Below, one piece after another: positions 23,126-32,041 of a stretch of DNA of 64,000 bases. Positions within the stretch are counted from its first letter, which is position 1, and the number at the start of each line of letters is the position of its first letter. A program made the translations under genes and the position numbers. The DNA lies in assembly GCA_963847445.1 (NCBI GenBank), contig CAWJZV010000026.1, forward strand, positions 1-64,000. Reading direction: 5' to 3'. The DNA is from an uncultured delta proteobacterium (lineage in GTDB: Bacteria; Desulfobacterota; Binatia; UBA9968). Below the pieces are notes generated by a model. That model was not told where the DNA came from, made no database searches, and saw nothing but the letters and a program-made list of their open reading frames with translations.

Positions 23126-24221
23126 TCACGCCGGAAAGACGATGCACGACTCCGCGGCCACTGAAAAACTCACCGTCGTACCGACGCTGGGGATCCTCGC
23201 TGGATGGGCGCGCAGACGCAACCGCGCTGCACCGCTGCGCAAAATCACATCCGCTGAGTTGCCGAGAAAAGTCACCCGCTCGACCCGGGCCGAACCGTGA
23301 TTAGGCAAGCCGTCAATTCCATTGGCATCCAACAGCTCGATACTTTCCGGGCGGAAAAACAGCTCCGCCGCCATGCCCGGCTGCCATTCAACACTGCGCC
23401 GCGCGGCGAATCTGCCGACCGGGGTATCCAATAACATTTCATCCCAAGCGCCATTTCCCGGCAGCTCGACTTGGCCGGCGATAAAATTCGCCGTGCCGAG
23501 AAAATCGGCGGTGATTCGATGTGCCGGTCGAAGATACAGCTCCGTAGGCGCGCCCACTTCCAGGAGCATGCCTTCATGCATCAGACCGATGCGATCCGAC
23601 AACGCCAGCGCTTCTTCCTGATCGTGGGTCACGTACACGGTGGTGATGCCGAAGGACTCTTGCAGCGACTTCAACTCGAAGCGCATCTGCTCGCGCAGCT
23701 TGGCGTCGAGGTTGCTGAGCGGCTCGTCGAGCAGCAGCACCTGCGGTTGCGCCACCAACGCGCGCGCCAGTGCCACGCGCTGCTGTTGCCCGCCGCTCAG
23801 GTTTGGCGCCAGCCGATCCGCCAGAGTCCCGAGACTCAATCGGTCAAGAATCCGCCCGACGCGCTCGCCGATCTCAGTCGCGGTTCGCTGTCTTTGGCCA
23901 GCGGGTAGGCGACATTTTGAAATACCGTCATATGCGGCCAGATCGCGTAGGATTGAAACACCATGCCGATGTTGCGCCGCTCCGGTGGAATAAATGTGCC
24001 GGCGGCGGCGCGAAAACCGCCTGATCGTCGATTAAAATCTCTCCGGCCAACGGCTGTTCCAGTCCGGCGATGCAGCGCAGCGTCGTCGTCTTGCCGCAGC
24101 CGCTCGGACCGAGCAGCGTAAACAACTCGCCCTTGCCAACTTCGAAGGATACGCCGCGCAACGCGCGGACTTCGCCCCTCGCGCCGGCAAACGACTTTTG
24201 CAGATCTATTACGCTAATCAC
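23126..24221 (-). CDS. ABC transporter ATP-binding protein (FbpC/PotA-like with TOBE domain), frameshifted
   Basis: [45 protein letters not shown]. Confidence 0.92.
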
Positions 24222-24376
24222 GAATCGATCCTGTTCGCAGATAATGTGATCGTGTGCCGTGCGACGTGATCTTGCTCGCCGTATCGAACAGATCCACGAA
24301 CGCGGCCAGGACCACGCTTCGCCACTGAGATCGTTTCGGGCACTGTGAAATCAAAATACCGGGCAACTTTCTAGAG

Positions 24377-26153
24377 TCAGGGCTGCGCCGCAAGTCGCGC
24401 AAACAGCTGGCCGCCGAGCAGCAAGATGGCGGAAAGCAAAATCAAGATCACCCCCAAGACTGCGGCATCCGTGGTGCGGCCGTTTTGCCACATGCTCCAA
24501 ATCATCGTCGAGACGACCACCGTCTCCGGATTGTACAGCATCAGAGCCATCGATAACTCCTGCATCGCGTGCACCGCCACCCAGAAAAACACATTGATCA
24601 TAGCCGGCGCCAAGAGCGGCAGCGGTGATCCTGCGCAGCGTGCGCGTCCACGGCGCCCGGCTCATTTGCGACGCCTCTTCCAACTCGCCATGCACCTGCA
24701 TCAGCGCCGAGGTCATCGTGCGTGAGCTGTACGCAAGGTAGCGGGTCGTCATCGCCAGTGCGATGATCCATAGCGTGCCGTAAATCGGAATGGGAAAGCG
24801 CACGTAGACGAAGATAAATGCCAGGCCGATGACGATGCTCGGCACGCACTGCGGCAAAAACGATACCGTGGCGAGATAATGCGACAGTCCGTCCGCCGCG
24901 CGGCTGCGCCGGACGACAAACCAGCTGATCATTACGGCGAGCAAGATCGTCGCCGCGGACGTCACCAGCGCGAGCACCAGAGTATTCCAGAGCGCGCGCA
25001 TGACTGTGCTTTCCTGCCAAATTTTGACGTAGCCATCGAAAGAGACTCGCGCCAGCGAATCCGCCGACGGCACCGCGTAGAAACGGCTGGATGCTGGTCC
25101 AGATCAGCATCAAAAAGGGCAGCACCACGGCGAGCGCCACGTAGAGTAGGCAGAAGCGCGCTGGCCGGCGCCGTCCAGGCGCCGAGATTGACTTGCCGCG
25201 GCCGGTATCCCTTGCCGGTGATCGTCGCGAATCTTTCCTGGTGCGCGGTCAAACGCTGATACGCCCACATGAGCAACAGCGCCACAAACAACACCAGCGC
25301 TCCCAAGGCCGAAGCCAGTCCGTAATCCGGCAAGCCGACTTCCGAGTGGGTCGCCCAGTAGATCGCCGTGCTGAGCACGCGAATGCGCGCGGTGAAACCG
25401 AGCAACCCGGGAATATCGAAGGATTCGATGACGACGATGATGTAATAGATCAACATGGCGAGCAGCGCCGGCCGCATGATCGGTAGGGTGATGCGCATGG
25501 TCGTTTGCGCGACGCCGCGCCCTGCCATGGCGCTCTGTTCTTCCAGCGACGGGTCCATCGCGCGAAACGAAGCCGCGATCATCAGATAAGCCGACGGCAC
25601 CAACCGCAAGCCTTGAACAAAGCACATGCCGTAGAGCGTATAAATATCGAACGGGCCGAAGTCCCCCGACAAACCGAAAACGCTGCGCAAGACCACATTG
25701 ATGATGCCGATCCTTGGATCGAGCAGCTGAATCCAGGCGATCGCCGAGAGCAGCGAAGGAATCGTCATCGGCACGAGAATGAGCGCGGCGATCCACCGGC
25801 GCGCCGGGATCGCGGTCCGTTCCAAAAGCCAAGCCATTAGGACCGCCAGCGGCAAGCCGACTGCCAGCGACCCGGCGGTGAATAAAAACGTATTCAGAAA
25901 GATCGGCAAAGTCGAAGGACTGGTGAGAACTGTGGTGTAATTCGCCAGCGTCATGACCCGTCGCCTCGAAGGGCAACTTATCTTCCGTGCTTTTGACGCT
26001 GGCGTAGAGCAGCATCACGAGCGGAACGAGCACAAGATAAGAAACCACGGCAATGGTGCAGCCAAAGGCAACGGAACGAACCGATAATTTCCGCGTCCAT
26101 GACCGAGCCCCGGTCTGCGCGCTGGGACCGAATGTGGTTGGCGTTACACTCAT
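24377..26153 (-). CDS. ABC transporter permease, two fused domains (FbpB-like), frameshifted
   Basis: Two EAA loops 'MDPSLEEQSAMAG' and 'VHGELEEASQMS'; 'RFATITGKGYRP'. Confidence 0.9.
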
Positions 26154-26243
26154 ATCAAGTTGAGATCGGTTCGGGCAGCTCGATCAATTCATTATCGGGG
26201 CGTCTCATGCAGTGCCGAGGTACCCCGAGTCTCCGGTCCTTAT

Positions 26244-27305
26244 TCATCGCAGTGCGCCGAGCATTTTTCCCAATTCGCGCTGGATCTCGAGAATCCCCGC
26301 GAAGTTATTTTCGGTTTCCAAGATGATCGCAGGCTGAGTGGTTTTGATTCTCGCGGCGACATTGCCGATCGCGTTCTTGCCTACCTCGATCGCCTGGCCG
26401 GTGTTGGTATATCTGACCGTTTGCCCCTCGGTGCTTCCCAGCCAACCGGCAAAAAAGCGCGCAGCATTGGGGTGCGGCGCGGTCTTGAGCACTCCCACTG
26501 CAGAATTGAGCACCGGTAGCGGCGAGACGGCAACCCAATCGACGGCAGCGCCTTGTTTTTTCAAGCGCTCGATGGTGTAGGCATAGGTACCGACGGCGAT
26601 GGAAACCTGGCCCCCGGCCAAGGCATTGGCCACGGTAGTGCCGCCTTGAACGATCAGGGGCTGTTGCTGCGAAAGTATTCTCTTAATCAATTCAGTCGCT
26701 TTGCCCTTGCCCCATTGCGTGCCGAGCATGGCAAAAGGAACTAATCTCGCCTCCATGATTATTTTTCTGCCTTTCCACTTCGGGTCGGCGAGGTCTTCCC
26801 AATTCTTCGGCGCCTCCTGCGCGCTCACCAGCTTGGTGTTATAAGCGATCGGCAACGTTAGATTATAAGCGCCGACGAACCGTTGGTTGGCATAAACCGC
26901 GTCGAGGCCGAAATCCTTTTCCCACCCAGGGTAGCTGGCCAACATGTCGCGATCGATCAATGGCCGCAACGCGCGCAGCGAACCGGACTGAATGATATCT
27001 ACGGCCGCCGGTTTGCCGGCCTGACTCTCAGCGATGATTCTTTGCACCAGGGGTTCAGGGATACTCTCGAAGTGCTCGATTTTGATGCCCGGATACTGCT
27101 TGTTCATGGCCTCGTGCGCGCGCTGATAGATAATTGCGTCCGTCGGTCCCCAAATCACGACCGTGCCTTCTTTCTTAGCGGCATTGTATAGCTGCATCAC
27201 CGCGTCGTTGCCGCCTTTGCTTTTATCTTGGGCGTAGCCGGTGTTGCCAATAACCAACAGTCATGCAATAGCAATGGCACTCACAGTGAATAGTCGAAGT
27301 TCCAT
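26244..27305 (-). CDS. ABC transporter substrate-binding protein (Fe3+-type), frameshift in signal peptide
   Basis: 'AAKKEGTVVIW', 'APKNWEDLADPKWKG', 'APHPNAARFFAGWL'. Confidence 0.88.
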
Positions 27306-27374
27306 AGGTCGAATTCAATCTCCTGAGCGCGCTGAATTCAAACAAGCATCAATAGCGTTAAACGGCTCCGACGT

Positions 27375-28217
27375 TCAAAGTTTCTCGATGGGATGGCGCA
27401 GCAAAAATTCCTGCAACGCGATCAGCGCCCCATCGCCGTCCCAAAAGGTCATATGCTTGACGTTGGGCACCAACGCCAACTCGCAGCCGGGAACCAACTC
27501 GCCGAGCTTGCGCGCCGTGCCCACCGGCGTGCTGCCGCCGCGATTCACATCGTCGCCGGCGCCGCACAGGATCAACGTCGGCACCTTGACCCTGGGCGCG
27601 TTGCCCAAGGTATCCCAGGTGCGCCGCGCGTCGAAGTGATAGCGATGTTGTTCGGGACTGGTTTGGCGTTTCCACAGCGCATCGGACAAACGCCTTGACC
27701 ACATCTTGATGCTCGGCGAAAAACTTGCCGTCGAACGCCATATGGGTGTTCTCGATATGGCCACGGATAAACTGCTCGAAGCCATGCTCGCGAATCTCTT
27801 CTTCGTCGGTGTTGCGTACCACCCGGGAGCCCGCCATCGGTCGCTTTCGCCCCGGCACCGGCGGCGGCGATGGTCAGCGTTGCGACCAGGTCCGGGCGCT
27901 GGATCGCCAATGCCTGGGCGATCTGGCCGCCCAGAGCGAATCCTGCGGCGTGGCAACGCGCTATTTTTAGATGCTCCAACAGCCCGGCGCAGTCCTTGGC
28001 AAACTGTTCGATGGTGTAGCCATGATCCGGCTTGCTCGAATGGCCGGTGCCACGGCAGTCGAAGATGATCGTGCGAAACTTCTTGGATAGAAACGGCACC
28101 ACGCCGACGTTCCAAGTATCGCAAGGCCACCATGACGGCGGACAGAGCAGCACCGCATCGCCGGCGCCTTGGCTTTCGTAAGTAAATCGTTACATCGCCT
28201 AAATCCGCCGTCGGCAT
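27375..28217 (-). CDS. Alpha/beta-hydrolase-fold protein, paralogue 2 (GFALG), frameshifted
   Basis: 'PPSWWPCDTWNVGVVP', 'FDCRGTGHS', 'PTLILCGAGDD', 'VKHMTFWDG'. Confidence 0.88.
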   Translation of the reverse strand: MPTADLGDVTIYLRKPRRRRCGAALSAVMVALRYLERRRGAVSIQEVSHDHLRLPWHRPFEQAGSWLHHRTVCQGLRRAVGASKNSALPRRRIRSGRPDRPGIGDPAPGPGRNADHRRRRCRGESDRWRAPGWYATPTKKRFASMASSSLSVAISRTPIWRSTASFSPSIKMWSRRLSDALWKRQTSPEQHRYHFDARRTWDTLGNAPRVKVPTLILCGAGDDVNRGGSTPVGTARKLGELVPGCELALVPNVKHMTFWDGDGALIALQEFLLRHPIEKL

Positions 28218-28284
28218 TTTATACCTCATACCGATTCGTTGGGGTCGGGCCATGACCTACCGCTACAACAAACCTAAAAAGAGT

Positions 28285-28576
28285 ACAATTACAATTTCAG
28301 TCCCTTTTGAGTCCGGCGTGGTCGGAAGAAGGTGCTTGAGCTTCGGAAAAAGTGAGGCGGCGACGAGCACGAAAGAGGTCGATGGCGATGTATGTGAGCC
28401 GGGTATTAAGAGGGGACCAGCACGGAGAGTTTGGTGAGGCATTGGGCTTTTAGAGACGAGCACCTCGATGAGGTAAGCGGGTTTACGGATGAAACGGCGG
28501 GTAGACGCGGACAAACGATTAGCGCGCCACATGTGGCACATCAATCGGTTGTTACTAAAAAGTCATAAGCTATAAG
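28285..28576 (+). pseudogene. Decayed C-terminal HTH (DnaA-C-like) fragment, probably from a REP-associated tyrosine transposase (RAYT)
   Basis: Interrupted translation 'RSMAMYVSRVLRGDQHGEFGEALGF..GLRMKRRVDADKRLARHMWHINRLLLKSHKL*'; purine-rich, unlike neighbours; recognised by eye only. Confidence 0.5.
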
Positions 28577-28581
28577 CGCAA

Positions 28582-28610
28582 TTGACTACCCGCAGGTTCG
28601 TAGGTATAAA
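28582..28610 (+). promoter_or_regulatory. Near-consensus sigma70 promoter with no downstream CDS
   Basis: TTGACT-17 bp-TATAAA; second TATAAT followed by GGCGCCAC at 28687-28700. Confidence 0.6.
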
Positions 28611-28872
28611 TCCCGTCAGTGGAAAAGGGTGTTTAAATTTCCATCCATCCAACGGTAGGGCTGCGCCAAAGACTGACGTCGCGTTTTATAATGGCGCCAC
28701 GGTTCAACACCCTGTTGAGGCGACGGAATCGCGAGGGTTTGTCCGGTGAGTAATTTCAGTGAAGAGTCGACCGCCGTTCCGCCGCTCCTCCTCCGAATTT
28801 CCTCCGAGTTTGCGTTTGCACCGCAATACCTCAGAGTTTGCGAAGCTTGCGGAAATTTTCGAATTTTCGGGA

Positions 28873-28926
28873 CCGGTGTCTGTAAGTAGTCGCGCTCAAT
28901 AAGACAACAGTTCCGGTGTCCGTAAG
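28873..28926. repeat. 14-bp direct repeat CCGGTGTCYGTAAG, 40-bp period
   Basis: Copies at 28873-28886 and 28913-28926. Confidence 0.6.
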
Positions 28927-28955
28927 AAATCGTTCGGAATCAGATAAATTCATTT

Positions 28956-29103
28956 CACCACGAAGAACACAAAGAGCGCGAAGTCTGGAGAAAGAATTTT
29001 CCGAAACCTTCGTGCATTCGTTTTCATCTCACCACGAAGGACAATGCGAAGCGCACGAAGTTCGGAGAAATACTTTTCCGAACCCTGCGTGTCCTTCGTG
29101 GTA
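28956..29103. repeat. Two tandem copies of the CACCACGAAG...CTTCGTGGT palindromic element
   Basis: TCACCACGAAGAACACAAAG...TTTCCGAAACCTTCGTG then TCACCACGAAGG...TCCTTCGTGGT. Confidence 0.8.
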
Positions 29104-29172
29104 AAAACTCTTTCCCATTTGGTTGCGGCTGTGCCGCGCTAGGTTCTTTGCGGCCAATCTTCCGAATCCGCC

Positions 29173-29199
29173 TGTAGGGGCGACCGGCCGGTCGCCCCT
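29173..29199 (+). repeat. GTAG-type REP palindrome
   Basis: TGTAGGGGCGACCGGCCGGTCGCCCCT. Confidence 0.85.
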
Positions 29200-29248
29200 C
29201 CCTGTTTGTAGCGCGACATCGACTTCAATCTCAAACGAAATGTTATCG

Positions 29249-30087
29249 CTATGCCCCGATCGGATGACGCAACAAGAACTCTTCCAGCGCAGTCAGCCCG
29301 CCGCTGCCGTCCCAAAACGTCATATGCTTGGTGTCGGGAATCAAGAACAGCTCAGCCCCAGGCGTCAGCTCGGCGACACGCTGCGCCGTGCCCACCGGCG
29401 TGCTGCCGCGCCGGGCGACATCATCGTCGGCGCCGCAAAGAATCAGCGTCGGCACTGTGACTTCACCGGCCTTCCCCAGGGTATCCCAAGTAAGCCGCGC
29501 ATCTTCGTGACGGCGAAACATTTCCACCGTGCTCTGCCCCGACCATACCGCGTCGGCCAATGCAGCGACCACTTCGCCATGTTCGCGGTAGAATTGCGGA
29601 TTGAAAGCCATGCTGTCGTTCTCGATGTAGTTGCGAATGTAGCGCTCGAAACCGATGGCGCGAATTTCTCGTTCCGTATCCGGCGATAAACTTCGTTGTC
29701 CACCGGCAAGGGTCTTCACTCCCGGCACCCGAAGCAGCGATCGTTAAGGTAGCAACTACATCGGGCCGCTCGATCGCCAGCGCCTGCATGATCTGCCCGC
29801 CCAGAGCGAAGCCGACGGCATGGCAGCGCGATATGCCGAGATGCGCCAGCAAGCCGAGGCAATCCTGCGCGAACTGCGTCACCGTGTAACCGTCGCGTCG
29901 GCTGGCTACTTCGTCCAGTGCCGCGACAGTCGAACGTGATGGTCTTGAAACGCTTCGATAGAAACGGCACGACGCCGACGTTCCAAGTGGCCGACGGCCA
30001 CCAGGAGGCCGGCGCGAGCAGCACCGGCTCGCCGCCGCCCTGCGTTTCGTAATAGAGTTCCAGCTCAGCCAATTTTGCGATAGCCAT
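29249..30087 (-). CDS. Alpha/beta-hydrolase-fold protein, paralogue 3 (GFALG), frameshifted
   Basis: 'PASWWPSATWNVGVVP', 'FDCRGTGRS', 'PTLILCGADDD', 'TKHMTFWDG'. Confidence 0.88.
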
Positions 30088-30111
30088 ACTCCCGTCCCAT
30101 CGACGTGCTAA

Positions 30112-30185
30112 GGTTTAGTAGCCTGATAGTTCGCTGTCAACCGATTATGCGCCGCTTGACAGTCCCTCCTCGCCTCTGCCACTGT
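30112..30185. promoter_or_regulatory. Back-to-back divergent sigma70-like promoters (TGTCAA-N15-TTGACA)
   Basis: Minus strand TTGACA(30140-30135)-17 bp-TAAACC; plus strand TTGACA(30156-30161) with weak -10. Confidence 0.55.
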
Positions 30186-30217
30186 TCGCTTACAAAATCT
30201 TTAGCAGGGGAACGCTT

Positions 30218-30883
30218 ATGTCCAACCCATTTGTCGAATCTGTCCTCAAGGAAATCATCCACCCAGGCGTGGAGCAGTTGATGAGCACGCGCTTCTTCAC
30301 CGAACTGCGCGCCGGCAAGCTTTCCAAAAAGCGCATTCAGGGTTTCGCCGTGCAGCATTATCTGTCCAACCATGTGATCAACAAAGGCTTGGCCTTCTCG
30401 ATGGTGCGCAACGCCAACAACCAGGCGATGTACGAGCAGTTCATCGAGCTGTTCACCGAAGAGCAGTCCCATCCCGGTCTCATGAGACGTTTCGGTCTGG
30501 CCATGGGGCTTACCGACGCCGACTTCGACGACGGCATCATGATCTTCGAATGCGTCGCCCACACCGGCGCGATCGTCCGCGGCATGCTCGTCGGCGCGCC
30601 GGCGGAAACCCGGGTCGGCGCTCTGGTCAACGAAACCATGGTGCAGCGCTACTCCGACGAATTCGACGCGGCGTTGGAAAAACATTACGGCCTCGACAGC
30701 CGGGCGCGCACGTTCTTCGCCGTCCACGGCAAAGTCGACATCGAACATACCGCCATGGCGGCCGACACCGTGGCAAAGTTCGCCATCACCGACCGCGACA
30801 AGGAAATGGTCCGGGCCGCGGCGAAAAATATGGTGCGCTTCAAGATCAACAAGTTCGACGGCATTTACGACACCTTCGCATAA
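30218..30883 (+). CDS. Heme-oxygenase-like diiron enzyme (TenA/PqqC/CADD superfamily)
   Basis: 'ELRAGKLSK', 'EEQSHPGL', 'VNET', 'FFAVHGKVDIEH': E..H / E / H..D..H ligand pattern. Confidence 0.82.
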   Translation: MSNPFVESVLKEIIHPGVEQLMSTRFFTELRAGKLSKKRIQGFAVQHYLSNHVINKGLAFSMVRNANNQAMYEQFIELFTEEQSHPGLMRRFGLAMGLTDADFDDGIMIFECVAHTGAIVRGMLVGAPAETRVGALVNETMVQRYSDEFDAALEKHYGLDSRARTFFAVHGKVDIEHTAMAADTVAKFAITDRDKEMVRAAAKNMVRFKINKFDGIYDTFA

Positions 30884-30943
30884 ATAGGTTTCGAGTTTCG
30901 GGTCCAGAGTTTCGAGTTTCCGTCCCAACCCATACGGATAGGA

Positions 30944-31945
30944 GTGCGACCCATGAACTTGACGAAAGAAAGTTTCGCCGCGCTGTGCGCGCTATTATGC
31001 TTCGGCCTAAGCGTGAACGATGCTCTTCACGCCGCCGAGAAATCCGCCAAGCTCACGAGCTTCCGCATCGCCTATGTCTCGCGCAGCACCCTCGACATGC
31101 CGTTTATCATCGCCCGCGACCGCGGCTTCTTCCGCGAAGAGGGGTTGGAACCGGAGTTTATTTTCATGAAGGCGATTCAAACCGTCCAGGCGATGCTCGC
31201 CGGCGGCGTCGACTTCGGCACCGCCACCGGCACCGCGATCAGCGCGGCGGTCAATGGCGCCGATGTCCGGGTCGTCTTCGCGCTATCGGATAAGCCGTCC
31301 TTCGATCTGATTGCCGCGCCCGCCATCACCAGCGTGGCTCAACTGCGCGGCAAAAAAATCGGCATCTCGGCGCCCGGATCGCTGACGGAAATCATCGCGC
31401 GGCAGATTTTCATCGCCAACAAAATCCCGCTGGATCAAGTCACCATGCTACCGCTCGGCACCAGCGACATCACCTGGGTTGCTTTGAAAGCCGGCACCAT
31501 CGACGCCACCATGCTGCAAATACCGCAGAATTTTATCGCCGTCGACGAAGGCTACCGCAAGATCGCTGCCGGCGCCGATGTCTATCGCGCCGTCCAGGGC
31601 GGCCTGACGACGACCAAGTCAGTGATCAATGACAAACCGGAACTGGTGACCAAAGTCATCCGCGCCACGCAAAAAGCCCTCCGGCTGTTCCGCGCCGATA
31701 AAAAGTACGCCACCGACTTTATCCGCGGCCCGTTCCTTGATATGGGCAAAGACCGCGATAAGTACGCCGAGCGCGTCTACGAGGCCGCGCTGGGATACTT
31801 GTCGACCACCGGCACCGTCGACGACAAACTCCAGCGCGAAATGATCGCCACCGCCGCCCAGCGCACCAAGCTCGCCCAACCGCCGCCACCGGAGCGGGTG
31901 TTCGATTTCAGCTTTGCGCAAAAGGTCGGGGAAACGATCAAGTAG
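30944..31945 (+). CDS. ABC substrate-binding protein (SsuA/NMT1-THI5-like)
   Basis: 'IARDRGFFREEGLE', 'QLRGKKIGIS', 'ALKAGTIDA'. Confidence 0.88.
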   Translation: MRPMNLTKESFAALCALLCFGLSVNDALHAAEKSAKLTSFRIAYVSRSTLDMPFIIARDRGFFREEGLEPEFIFMKAIQTVQAMLAGGVDFGTATGTAISAAVNGADVRVVFALSDKPSFDLIAAPAITSVAQLRGKKIGISAPGSLTEIIARQIFIANKIPLDQVTMLPLGTSDITWVALKAGTIDATMLQIPQNFIAVDEGYRKIAAGADVYRAVQGGLTTTKSVINDKPELVTKVIRATQKALRLFRADKKYATDFIRGPFLDMGKDRDKYAERVYEAALGYLSTTGTVDDKLQREMIATAAQRTKLAQPPPPERVFDFSFAQKVGETIK

Positions 31946-31954
31946 CTATCTGAC

Positions 31955-32023
31955 GTTGAACCTTGAACGTTTGAACCTTGAACGAACAAACTCGTTCAAC
32001 GGTTCAAGGTTCAAAAGTTCAAG
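31955..32023. repeat. 7/8-bp tandem repeat TTGAACC with inverted GGTTCAA arm
   Basis: gttgaaccttgaacgtttgaaccttgaacg...gttcaacggttcaaggttcaaaagttcaagg. Confidence 0.8.
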
Positions 32024-32041
32024 GTAACTCCAGGAGGTTAA

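Noticed and set aside
24222-24376. 62-aa ORF between permease and ATPase
   Set aside because: Overlaps the permease end, has no RBS or motif; treated as a spacer.
28611-28800. Known riboswitch, 6S RNA, SRP RNA or tRNA
   Set aside because: No diagnostic consensus recognised; kept only as an unclassified candidate RNA.
28873-29103. Possible mini CRISPR array
   Set aside because: Only two 14-bp copies plus dispersed palindromic elements; no regular repeat-spacer series and no cas genes.
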